This document shows positions 35,243-46,312 of a DNA stretch of 64,000 nucleotides, piece by piece. The notes under the pieces were generated by a model, which was given only the letters and a program-made list of their open reading frames with translations, did not search any database and was not told where the DNA came from. Source of the DNA: Torpedo marmorata (lineage: Eukaryota). The stretch is taken from contig OZ360243.1 in NCBI GenBank assembly GCA_977017645.1, positions 30,876,001 through 30,940,000 on the forward strand, given 5' to 3'. The position numbers and the translations under genes were made by a program. Numbering within the stretch: the first letter of the stretch is position 1; every line of letters begins with the position of its first letter.

Positions 35243-37040
35243 CTACAGGTCAAGGCGATCCGGTGGTTTGGCTCGCCTTTGTGACCTGCGCAGTACCCTG
35301 GGTGCGGGTTGTGGTGCAGGGGGTACCCTGGGTGCAGGTTGTGGTGCAGGGGAAGATGGCAAGGCCGTCGCCTCCTCCTGTGGTGCTGGGTGAGATGGCA
35401 GGATTGTGGGTTCCATCGAGGGTGCCTGGTCTGACGTTGTAGAAGAGGGAATAGGGAGAGGCCGGGGCGCCAGGTCCCGAATTGAGACCATGTCCTCTCT
35501 CCCATCCGGGAAGACCACGTAGGCGTACTGCGGGTTAGCGTGCGCTAACTGCAACCTCTGGACCGCGGGCTCATATTTGCTGCTCCGGAGGTGGTTGCGG
35601 AGCAGCACCGGCCCCGGAGACGTCAGCCAGGCAGGCAGGGCGGTTCCGGTGTTCGACCTCCTGGAGAAGGAGAAAAATCTCTCATGGGGCGTTACATTGG
35701 TAGCTGTGCACAGTAAGGACCGTATCGAATGGAGGGCTTCGGGGAGAACATCTTGCCAGCGGGAAACCGGCAGTCCCCTGGACTTGAGAGCCAGGAGCGC
35801 CGCCTTCCAGACAGTGGCGTTCTCCCTTTCCACCTGTCCATTACCTCGGGGGTTGTATGCGGTGGTCCTACTAGTGGCGATGCCCCGGGTCAGCAGGAAC
35901 TGGCGCAGCTCCTCACTCATAAAAGCTGATCCCCGGTCGCTATGAATGTAGTTCGGGAAGCCGAACAGCGTAAATACCTGGCGAAGAGCTTTTATGGTTG
36001 AGGCAGCCGAAGTGTCGGGGCAGGGATTGGCGAAGGGGAACCGCGAGTACTCGTCAATAATGTTCAGAAAGTACACATTGCGGTTCGTGGAGGGAAGGGG
36101 CCCCTTGAAGTCAATGCTGAGACGTTCAAAGGGGCGAGTGGCTTTGATCAGCTGTGCCTTGTCGGGGCGGTAGAACTGGGGTTTGCACTCCGCGCAAACC
36201 CGGCAACTGCTGATCATTGTCCTGACCTCTTCCAGGGAGTATGGCAGGTTCTGTGACTTCACGAAGTGAAAGAGCCTGGTAATTCCTGGGTGGCATAGGT
36301 CGTCATGTAGGGCGTGTAATCGGTCGACCTGCGCGCTGGCGCATGATCCCCGGGATAGAGCATCGGAGGGCTCATTGAGCTTCCCGGGCCGGTACATGAT
36401 GTCGTATTTGTAGGTGGAGAGCTCTATTCTCCACCTCATGATCTTGTCATTTTTGATCTTACCCCGCTGCTGATTGTTGAACATGAATGCCACAGAGCGT
36501 TGATCTGTCAGCAGGGTAAAATGCTTACCGGCGGGATCGTGCCTCCAATGCCTGATGGCCTCCACTATGGCCTGGGCTTCCTTCTCCACCGCTGAGTGCC
36601 GAATTTCGGGGCCCTGAAGGGTTCGAGAGAAAAATGCCACCGGCCTTCCCGCCTGGTTGAGGGTAGCAGCCAGCGCGAAGTCCGATGCGTCACTCTCCAC
36701 CTGGAAAGGTGTCTCCTCATCCACTGCGTGCATTGTTGCTCGCGCAATGTCCCCTTTTATAAGGTCGAACGCCTTACGTGCCTCCGAAGCAAGGGGAAAT
36801 GCAGTGGATTTCACAAGGGGTCGGGCCTTATCCGCATAATTTGGGACCCATTGGGCATAATAGGAAAAGAACCCGAGGCATCGTTTAAGGGCTCTGGGAT
36901 TGGTGGGGAGCGGAAGTTCCAGCAGGGGCCGCATGCGTTCGGGGTCTGGTCCAATTACCCCGTTCTCGACCACATACCCCAAAATAGCGAGGCGAGTGGT
37001 ACCAAACACGCATTTTTCTTTGTTATACGTGAGGTTTAGC
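35243..37040 (-). CDS. Gypsy RT C-terminus, RNase H and integrase (after frameshift at ~37035)
   Basis: SDASDF RNase H; H..HPG..C..C zinc finger; IDFKG / SDRG / VER DDE core; no chromodomain. Confidence 0.9.
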
Positions 37041-39116
37041 CACCTGCAGGAACCTCCGGAGGTTGTTGTCATGGTCCTGACGATCATAACCACAGATGGT
37101 AATGTCGTCAAGATATGGGAAAGTGGCTTTAAGTTTGTAATGGTCCACAATCCTGTCCATCTCCCGCTGAAAAACAGAAACACCATTAGTAACACCAAAC
37201 GGAAGGCGCAGGAATTGGAACAGCCTGCCATCTGCCTCGAACGCGGTGTATGAACGGTCCTCCCGACGGATAGGGAGCTGGTGATATGCCGATTTCAAGT
37301 CGATGGTGGAAAAGAGACGGTATTGGGCAATTTGGTTCACCATCTCCGCTATCCGTGGTAGCGGGTATGCATCTAGTAGCGTAAACCTGTTAATGGTTTG
37401 GCTGTAGTCCACCACCATTCTGCTCTTGGCCCCTTTTACAACAACCACCTGGGCTCTCCAGGGACTATTACTCTTCTCTATAATCCCTTCCTGTAGCAAT
37501 CTCTGTACCTCCGTCTTGATAAATGCTCTGTCCTCGGCACTGTAACGCCTGCTTTTAGTTGCCACAGGCCTACAGTCCGGGGTCAGGTTCGCAAACAATG
37601 ACGGAGGCGAGATCTTAAGGGTGGAGAGACCACAGGTGGTTTCGGGCGTGCTATCCAGAAACTGGTGGTTGACTACAGTGATCGCGGGGAGAGGACCGTC
37701 ATACCGCATTGTAACGCTCTGCAAATGGCTTTGAAAATCCAAACCCAGTAACACCGGCGCACACAAACGGTTCATGACAAACAAGGAAAATTGCCGGTAC
37801 TCAGTCCCTTGTACCACAATGTTCGCCACACACGCCCCCCGGATGTCTGTTGTGTGGGACCCCGACGCCATGGCCACCCTCTGGCTTACCGGTACGATCG
37901 TTAGGCCACAGCGTTGAACAGTATCCGGGTGGATAAAGCTCTCAGTGCTGCCAGTGTCGAATAAACACGTTATCTTGTGTCCCTCGACCAGTATGTCCAT
38001 CATAGATCGTGCCAGCTGGTGGGGAACGTTCTGGTCGAGGGTGATGGATGCCAAAGTTGGGGTGAAGTCGTCTTGGTCCGAGGTCTTTAAAAATGGCCGC
38101 TCCCGTGGGTTGCACGTGTCGCTGGAGGTCTCTGTACAAAATGGCGGCGCCGGAAGTGCAGGAAGTAACGAGGTACGGCTCTGAGATGGCGGCGCCGGAA
38201 GTGCCAGCATGAAAGATGGCCGCTTCCACTCTTCACACGCGGTCGGCGCCGGAAGTGCCAGTCTGCAAGATGGCCGCTCCCATCTCTCGCACGCGGCACT
38301 ACTCGGGCCCGCGCGCGGCTTGGAGCGGCAGGCCTTCGCGAAGTGGCCTTTCTTGCCGCAGTTGGAACAAGTCGCGTCGCGGGCTGGGCAGCGTTTCCTC
38401 GTATGCTTGTCGAGCCCGCAGAAGTAGCACTTCTCGGGCTCGCGATTAACAGCTGCGGCGGTGAGAGTAGCGTCGGTAGCGGTCGGGTCGCGGGTAGCGG
38501 CGGCAACAATTGGGTCGCGGGCCACAGTTGGATCGGTGGGGCTGGGGAACGGGGCGATCCACGCATTAGCCTGGGGGTCCCGCGTCTGCATCGCGTCGGA
38601 GTTCTGCAGCGCGGACTCCAGCGTGCGAACCATCGCCACCGCAGAACGGAGATCGAGGTCAGAGTGCTCCAGCAGTCGCTGACGTACGTATACTGACCTC
38701 ATCCCCATAATAAAGGTGTCCCTCTCCAGCAGATCAACATGTTGTTCTTCAGTCAGCGCTTTACAGGCGCACGCTCGCACTAGGGACTGAATGTCCCTGA
38801 CAAAGTCCACTATTGACTCCCCGGCCCGCTGTTTTCGTAACGATAGTCTATACCTCGCGTAGACCTCATTAACAGGGGTCACATAGATCTTTCTCAGTGC
38901 CTCCATCGCCTCGTCGTACGTCCCACATTTCCAGATGTTTGAATACAACCGAGGGCTTACCCTAGATACTAGGACCTCTAGTTTCTGCTCGTCGCTTTCG
39001 GCTTTGACCTCCTTTGAGAACGATCGGAGGCAGCGTAGCCAGTGTTCGAATGCATGGCCAGCATCAGGAGCTAAAGGGTCGATGTCCAGTCTGTCCGGTC
39101 GGAGGGCGCCTTCCAT
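37023..39116 (-). CDS. Gypsy Gag-protease-RT (first part of a frameshifted polyprotein)
   Basis: Zn knuckle CSNCGKKGHFAKAC; LFDTGS protease; YPLP, LPFG, YLDD RT motifs. Confidence 0.9.
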   Translation of the reverse strand: MEGALRPDRLDIDPLAPDAGHAFEHWLRCLRSFSKEVKAESDEQKLEVLVSRVSPRLYSNIWKCGTYDEAMEALRKIYVTPVNEVYARYRLSLRKQRAGESIVDFVRDIQSLVRACACKALTEEQHVDLLERDTFIMGMRSVYVRQRLLEHSDLDLRSAVAMVRTLESALQNSDAMQTRDPQANAWIAPFPSPTDPTVARDPIVAAATRDPTATDATLTAAAVNREPEKCYFCGLDKHTRKRCPARDATCSNCGKKGHFAKACRSKPRAGPSSAACERWERPSCRLALPAPTACEEWKRPSFMLALPAPPSQSRTSLLPALPAPPFCTETSSDTCNPRERPFLKTSDQDDFTPTLASITLDQNVPHQLARSMMDILVEGHKITCLFDTGSTESFIHPDTVQRCGLTIVPVSQRVAMASGSHTTDIRGACVANIVVQGTEYRQFSLFVMNRLCAPVLLGLDFQSHLQSVTMRYDGPLPAITVVNHQFLDSTPETTCGLSTLKISPPSLFANLTPDCRPVATKSRRYSAEDRAFIKTEVQRLLQEGIIEKSNSPWRAQVVVVKGAKSRMVVDYSQTINRFTLLDAYPLPRIAEMVNQIAQYRLFSTIDLKSAYHQLPIRREDRSYTAFEADGRLFQFLRLPFGVTNGVSVFQREMDRIVDHYKLKATFPYLDDITICGYDRQDHDNNLRRFLQVAKPHV

Positions 39117-39444
39117 AATTTTTCTTATGTGTATTAAATTGATATGCCTATCAATTAGCACTCAAGAGACTATGAGAGGGTTAACGAACCATAGGCTTTA
39201 ATACACATAAAACAGACCAACAGTAGACCTGCAGATCTCGACCGGATTGTGGGCGGAGCAGTGGCACACAGTCCTTTATTCAGTTGAGAAAAGGGGAGGG
39301 ATTACCTGGACACCCAAAGGAGGGGAGAGGAGTCGCCGGGACAGACAGCAGTACATACAATACACAAACAGTGGTTTACCACAGTTATATAAAGTACACT
39401 GTTTGACCAGCTGAGTTTCTCCAGCATTGTATTTTTATTTTAAT

Positions 39445-39880
39445 CCAAGTAAACCTCTCCTGTACCCTTTCCAAAGCCTCCACATCCTTTCTCTAAAGGG
39501 GCTATGTTAAAATGAGACCTAACCTCTAAAGAACAGAGGCCCAAACTATTCTCTCCTCCAATGACAAACCTGCAATCCCTGAAAATAATACAGTGAATCT
39601 TCTCTGCACTCCCTATATGGCAAGGATATCACTTCATAAGGAGACCAAAACTATGCCCCTGATTTTGTCACTCCAGCACCCTAAACAATTATAATATGAC
39701 ATCCTTACTCTGTAATCAAACCCACTCATAATCAAGGCTAATAAAATATTTGCCTTCCTAATGGCTTGCTGCACCTGCATGTTGGCCTTCAGCGACACTT
39801 ATACAAGCGTACCTAGGACACTGTTAACATCTGTACTACCCCATCTCTCACCATTTAACAAATACTCTGCTTTTCTGTGA
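39445..39880 (-). mobile_element. Decayed CR1 fragment
   Basis: KAEYLLNGE..LGTLV peptide on the minus strand. Confidence 0.55.
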
Positions 39881-40144
39881 TATGCAACAGGGTTTGAGGG
39901 GTTGGTAGTTATGACAAGTGAGTCTGAAAGGATGGACAGGAAAGGATGGGTAAATGAATGTGGTGGGACTGATGGGCTGATGAATGATATTTTCAATACA
40001 AGGAGTATTATCCTAGAGCCTGGATAAGCACAAGGAATTATGCTATTGTGGTCATTATGGAGACTCAGCTGCGAGAGATACAGGACTGGCAGCTCAACAT
40101 TCCTGGAATTCGGTATTTTAGGTGGGGAAAGAGGTGGAGGGGTT

Positions 40145-42688
40145 TACTTTTTTAAATGCAATAATTACAGTTATACCAAAGAAAGATAGAGATGCATTGA
40201 AAACTGAATCTTATAGACCTATTTCATTATTAAATGTAGATTATAAGATAATGGCAAAGATTTTAGCAAATAGAATGGCTAATTATTTACCAGATTTAAT
40301 TTATGTAGATCAAGCTGGTTTTATTAAAAATAGATATTCAAAAGATAATATAGCTAGATTGATTAGCTTAATTAATTTACAAAAAAAGAAGGAAGATTTA
40401 CCATTAGTTTTAACTTTAGACGCTGAAAAGGCTTATGATAAATTAGAATGGAATTTTTTATTTAAGGTATTGAAGAAATTTGGTTTTGGAAATACATTTA
40501 TTAATTGGATTAAAACTATATATAAAGAACCATCTGCTAAAGTAGTTACGAATGGACACATTTCTTCAAAATTTCCTTTGACTCGATCTACTAGACAAGG
40601 ATGTCCTTTGTCACCAGCATTATTTATTTTGGCAATAGAACCTTTGGCAGAATTAGTTAGAAAATATCCTAAAATAGTTGGTATTAAAGTTGGAATGGAA
40701 GAACATAAAATTAGTTTGTTTGCAGATGATGTATTGATATATATGACAAAATCTATTACATCCTTAGTACAATTATCTGTGTTATTGAGAGAATATGGGG
40801 AAATATCTGGATATAAAATGAATTCTGATAAAAGTGAAATTATGGCATTATCACAAGGGGATTATAGTAGATGTAAAGAAATTACACAATTTAAATGGGC
40901 AAAGGAAGGAATTAAATATTTGGGAATAAGGGTTGATACAAAATTGGCTAATTTATATAAATTAAATTATCTACCATTATTTGTGAAAATAAAGAAAGAT
41001 TTAGAAAATTGGAAAGATTTACCTATAACTTTAATGGGAAGAGTAAATTGTATTAAAATGAATGTCTTTCCAAGAATTCAATATCTTTTTCAATCAATTC
41101 CTTATGGAATTCCTCAAACATTTTTTAAAGATTTAAATTCAATTATTAGAAAATTTTTATGGAAAGGAAAGTTAGCAAGAGGTATGGAAAAATTAACTTG
41201 GAATTATGAAATGGGTGGTTTACAACTTCCTAATTTCCAAAATTATTACAAAGCAGCTTAATTTAAATTTGTTAATGAATTTTTTGATTCAACTGAATCT
41301 TCTTCTTGGATTAAAATAGAGTTAAATAATATAGGAGAAGATTCCAAAGAAGAAATTATTTATAAATGGGATTCTAAATTAATATCAACAAGAAAGAAAA
41401 ATGTGCCTATTTTTAAACATTTGTTAGAAATATGGAATAAGACGGATAAGGAAATAGGAGGAAAAGGACTGATTTCTCCAAGGATGCCTTTATATCAAAA
41501 TTGACTTATTCCATTTACTATTAATAATCAATTATTTAAAATTTGGTTTCAAAAAGGAATTAAGAAGATTAATGATTGTTTTGAAGCTGGGAAATTTATT
41601 ACTTTTCAAAGAATGAAAGATAAATTTAATATATTAGATAATACACTTTTTGCTTATTATCAAATTAGAGCTTTTTTGATTGAGAAATTAGGTTATGCTT
41701 TGATTTTACCAAGACAGAATGAATTAGAATTAATAGTTACTAATGGAGATGTTAATAAATTTATTTCTCAAATGTATAAATTGTTTCAGAGGAAAATGCC
41801 TAAAGCAGGATTGCATAAATCAAGATTAAAATGGGAATTAGATTTGAATGTAAGAATAGATGAAAATCATTGGAAAGAATTATGTAAATTAAGTATGACG
41901 AAGATTATTAATGTTAGATATAGATTAGTACAATATAATTTTTTTCATCAATTATATTTAACACCTAAAAAACTAAAGAAATTTAATCCGACACTATCAG
42001 GTTTATGTTTTAGATGTAATAAAGAGGAAGGGTCTTTTGTACACTCCACATGGTTTTGTCCAAAAGTTTATGATTTTTGGTTGAAAGTTAAAAATTTTTT
42101 AGATAAAGTATTTAAGATTATATTTCCAATGGATCCTATGATATTTTTGTTTGGAGATATTAGAAAATTTAGTATTAAGATGAAATTAAATATGTATCAA
42201 ATAGAATTTTTGCGAATTGCTTTAGCTGTTTCAAAGAAATGCATTGCTATTACTTGGAAATCTGATTTAGATTTAGGATTAGAAAGATGGCATGCAGAAC
42301 TTCGTTCGTGTATACCACTTGAAAAAATTACTTATAATTTACGTAATAGATATCATTTCTTCTTAAAAATTTGGAGCCCATATATGAAAGCTGTTGGTTT
42401 AAGGATTTGAAGATCTCTGGATATCGGATCTACTGGCATACTCGACCTCCATAATAGAATTAGTTTATAGATTGGCATTCCCCTTACTCTATCTTTTTCT
42501 TTCTTTTTCTTCTTCTTTTTCTATTTTTATTTTTTTTTTTTTATTTTTTATTAGATTAGTGGGGTTGGGAGGGTTGGGGAGGGGAGGGAGGGAGGGGGGT
42601 GAAAACGTATCACAAATAATTTGATAATTTTATATTCTATTTTATGTATTTTGTGATTTAAAAATTTTAAATAAAATATTTTTTTTTA
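40145..42688 (+). mobile_element. L1 LINE, 5'-truncated
   Basis: ORF2 pieces 40122-41261 and 41613-42410; 17-bp TSD aaagaggtggaggggtt. Confidence 0.93.
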
Positions 42689-43132
42689 AAAGAGGTGGAG
42701 GGGTTGCATTACTAATCAGGGAGAATGTTTCTCAGAGAGGATGTACAGGAGGGCTCATCCACTGAGGCAATATGAGTGGAGCTCAGAAATAAAAAAGTGC
42801 CATCACTCTGTTGGGTTATACCATAGGCCTCCGAGTAGCCACCAAGAGATAGAGGAACAGATATGTAGACAGATTATAGAAAAATGTAAAAGAAACATGT
42901 CATAGTGGGTGACTTTACATCTGAGTATTGACTGACTTCCTTTGTGCAAGAGGCTTGGATGGGCCAGAATTTTTTTGAAACAGTGCATGGATAAAAAACT
43001 AGAGAAGGGACTATTCTGGACTCTAATTTGGGAAATGAGCCTAGCCTGGTGGCCGACCTTTCAATGGAACAGTGTTTTGGCAACACAACTCCTTAACCTT
43101 TAAGATAGTTTTGAATAAAGATAAGTTTAGAC

Positions 43133-43506
43133 CAGTGGTTTTCAAACAGCCCCCCTAAGCTCACATTCCACCTTAAGCAATCCGTATGCCATAAGTGCTC
43201 TGTGATTAGTAAGGGATTGCTTAAGGTGGTATGTGAGTGGAAAGAAAAAGTTTGAAAACCACTGTTTTAATCGTACCTAATTGACTCGTTATGTGCACGG
43301 TTTCATAACTCCAAAGGAAATGGGCCAATGACAATTTTTCTCAAGCAAAATATTTCAGTAACAATTGTGTCTAGAGCAGTGGTTCTCAACCTTCCCTTCC
43401 CACTCACATACCACCTTAAGCAACCCCTTACTAATCACAGAGCACTTATGGCATAGGGATTGCTTAAGGTGGAATGTGAGTCTAGGGGGCAGTTTGAGAA
43501 CCACTG
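43133..43506. mobile_element. hAT MITE (opposite orientation to 3455-3832)
   Basis: Same two-unit structure and TIRs; TSD not intact. Confidence 0.88.
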
Positions 43507-44145
43507 GACCTTGCAGGAAAGTACAAAATTGCAGGAGGGCAAATTATGACATTATTAGAAAGAGCTGGGGGAGTAAATTTGGAGCAGCTGCTATCAGGCA
43601 AGTCCACATCTGACATATGGGTGTTATTTAATGACCAACTGATCAGTGTTCAGAACCAGCATGTAGCAGTAAGGAGGATAGATAAGGGATGACAAGAAAG
43701 CTCTTAAGTTTAGTCAGAAAGAAAAATGAGGCAAATGTAATGTTTAGAGAGTGGTCAATGCTGTTCCTTTATTCATAGAGATAATCCAGGAAATTATAGG
43801 ATGTTGTTCCTCACATCAGTGGTTGGGAAGCTGTTGGAGAGGAAACTTTGGGATAGGAAACTTTGGGATAGGATTTACGCTCATTTGTAAAAACAAAACC
43901 TAATTTGGAACAATCAGTATGGCTTTGTGTGGGGCAGTTCATGTCTTCAAATATGATTGAGTGCTTTGAGGAGATGACCGTGGTTGATGAGAGTGGGCAA
44001 TGGATGTTGTTTCCGTGGATTTTCGTAAGCCATTTGACAGGATACTCATGGTGCGCTGATCCAGAAGTAAAAGTGCACAGGATTCACGGTGAATGTCTGG
44101 AGTCACACAGGAGTCAGCAGTGCACACTCCAGCATGCAGATAATT

Positions 44146-44420
44146 AGAACATAGAACACCATAGCACAGTACAGGCCATTCGGCACTTGATGTTGTGCTG
44201 ACCTATATATTCCTACCAACCAAAATCTAAACCCTCCCTTCCTCATAATCTTCAATTTTTTTCATCAATGTGCCTGTCTAGGAGTTTCTTATAAGCCCCT
44301 AATGTCCCAGCCTCCACCACCACCCCTGGCAAGACATTTCAGTCACCCATAACTCTCTGTGTAAAAAACTTACCCCTGATGTCTCCCCTAAACTTTCCTT
44401 CCTTCACGTTGTACAGATTG
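44146..44420 (-). mobile_element. CR1 3' end
   Basis: (tagaaca)n tail; coding remnant FRGDIRGKFFTQRV on the minus strand. Confidence 0.7.
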
Positions 44421-44566
44421 GGTAATCTTGATTCTAATCTAGATTTGGCAATCTACACCCATGAAAATACCCATTGATACTCATGCTGCCAAACATAAAA
44501 TGAGGTCACGCACATTTTGTTTCAGGTGTGTAAAAATCTCACGATGCTTGCAGAATACAATCATAG

Positions 44567-44806
44567 AGCACTAATAGTCTGAATACAACTGGGATTGTCT
44601 GATCTCGGAAGCTAAGCAGGCACAGGACTGGTCAGTACTTGGAGGGGAGACCGCCTAGGAACACCAGGTGCTGTAGGTTTCTGTGAGGGGCGCTGGACAA
44701 AGTAGCGACTCTCTGCCTTACGGGAGACAAAAATTAAAGAATTTCATGTATGTTACATTCTAAATGTAGTATTACATGACAATAATGGAACCTTTAACCT
44801 TTATTA
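44567..44806 (+). mobile_element. 5S rRNA-derived SINE (SINE3 type)
   Basis: gtctgatctcggaagctaagcagg...agtacttggaggggagaccgcc...ggtgctgtagg is 5S-like; ~125-bp tail shared with the copy at 62431. Confidence 0.88.
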
Positions 44807-44933
44807 CCTTTGTTGTACTTGGCCTTCAAAGCATTGTTTAGAGATCAGTGAGTTCCGTTTGAAGAGATTTTGTTGCTAAATAAATACCGACAGCAAAGAT
44901 TGTCAAAGAAGCGCATGTCAGCGTTGGTGGAAG

Positions 44934-45992
44934 TAAAACACGAAAGTCTGCAGACACCGTGATTGAAGTAAAAACAAAATGCTGGAGAAACTCAGCTGGT
45001 CAAACAGTGTACTTTATATAGCAAAGATAAAGGTACATAACCAACGTTTCGAGCTTGGTTCCTTCATCAAGGTATGAAAAAATGTAGACAGGCGCCCAAA
45101 CAGAATGGTGGGGGAGGGGCAGGGGGAGGAGCACGGTCCCAAAGGCAGGAGGTTATAGGAGGATAAGGGAGGGAGGGCTCACCAGCAAGCAAAGGGAGGA
45201 GGGATGGCTCTGTGAATGGAAAGGGAAGGGGATGGAGAGCTGGAGGAAAGAAGACAAAGACAAAGGGAAGGGAGGGAGAACGAAGAGTAGGCTAGCAGAA
45301 GCCATCCGGTTGGAGAATGCCCAGATGGAGAATCAAGTGTTGTTCCTCCAATTTATGGATGGTCTTGGTGGAATAGTACATGAGGCCATGGACAGACATG
45401 TGAGCATGGGAGTAGGGCATGGACCACTGGGAGATCCCTGTCACTGATGCGGACAGAGCGAAAGGTGCGCAGCGAAGCGATCTCCCAGTCTGCTTCCAGT
45501 CTCTCCAATGTAGAGAAGGCCACAAAGGGAGCACTGGATGCAGTAGATATCTCCCGCGGATACACAGTGAAGTGTTGCTTCACTTGAAAGGACTTGTTTG
45601 GGGCCCAAAATAGCGGTGAGGGAGGAGGTGTGGGCGCAAGTGTGGCACATCCTGCGGCCACAGGGGAAGGTGCCGGAGGGGTGGGGGGAGGGATTGATGG
45701 GGAGGGATGAATAGACAAGGAATTCACGGAGGGAGTGGTCCCCTATGGAAGGCGGAGAGGGGAAGATGTGTCTAGTAGTGGGATCATGTTGGAAGTGGTG
45801 GAAATTACAGAGGATAATATGTTAGATGCAGACGCTAGTGGGGTGGGAGGTAAGGACAAGGGGAATCCTGTGTTTATTACGTCTGGGGCAGAGGGGGCCA
45901 GGGCAGATGAGAGGGAAATGGAGGAGATGCGGGTAAGGGTTGATTGGATGGTAATGGAGGGGAAACCACGTGTGTGGAAGAAGGCGGACATT
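44934..45992 (-). mobile_element. 5'-truncated Penelope-like element
   Basis: IYCIQCSLCGLLYIGETG; pLTR; 16-bp TSD tcagcgttggtggaag. Confidence 0.9.
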
Positions 45993-46008
45993 TCAGCGTT
46001 GGTGGAAG

Positions 46009-46312
46009 CAGCACTCTTGTGGATCTCACAACTCCAATGACTGGAGTTCCAGTTCTGATATCCGGTGCTGACTGTGTGGAGTTTTCTCCCTCTGACCGTG
46101 TGGGTTTCTTCCGGTGCTGCATTTTACTCCCACATCCCAGAGATGTGATGGTTGTTGGGTTAATTTGCTTATGTAAATGATCCTTACAATGTGTGACTGG
46201 TGGGAGAATCACTGAGTTGTTAAGGGACATGTGCGAGGCAATAGATTACAAGCAAATAATTTGGGAGAATGGGATTGCTCTGAGACACGTCTTGGGCTGA
46301 ATGGCTTCCTTC
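46009..46312 (+). mobile_element. tRNA-derived V-SINE
   Basis: tgtgtggagtt...gtgtgggtttcttccgg...ctcccacatcc core; gggctgaatggc tail. Confidence 0.7.

Larger units (their letters stand above)
34917..39383 (-). mobile_element. Full-length Ty3/Gypsy LTR retrotransposon
   Basis: LTRs 39140-39383 (5') and 34917-35156 (3'), TG...CA, about 3 substitutions plus a 4-bp indel; 5-bp TSD gttat; PPT next to the 3' LTR. Confidence 0.96.
39990..44090 (+). mobile_element. Decayed CR1 LINE (EN and RT start) hosting an L1 and a MITE
   Basis: RGGGVALL endonuclease motif split by the L1; YHRPP, VGDF, PGNYR remnants. Confidence 0.7.

Noticed and set aside
44575-44680. Functional 5S rRNA gene
   Set aside because: Diverged from 5S, not in a tandem array, and followed by a tail shared with a second dispersed copy, so it is a SINE.
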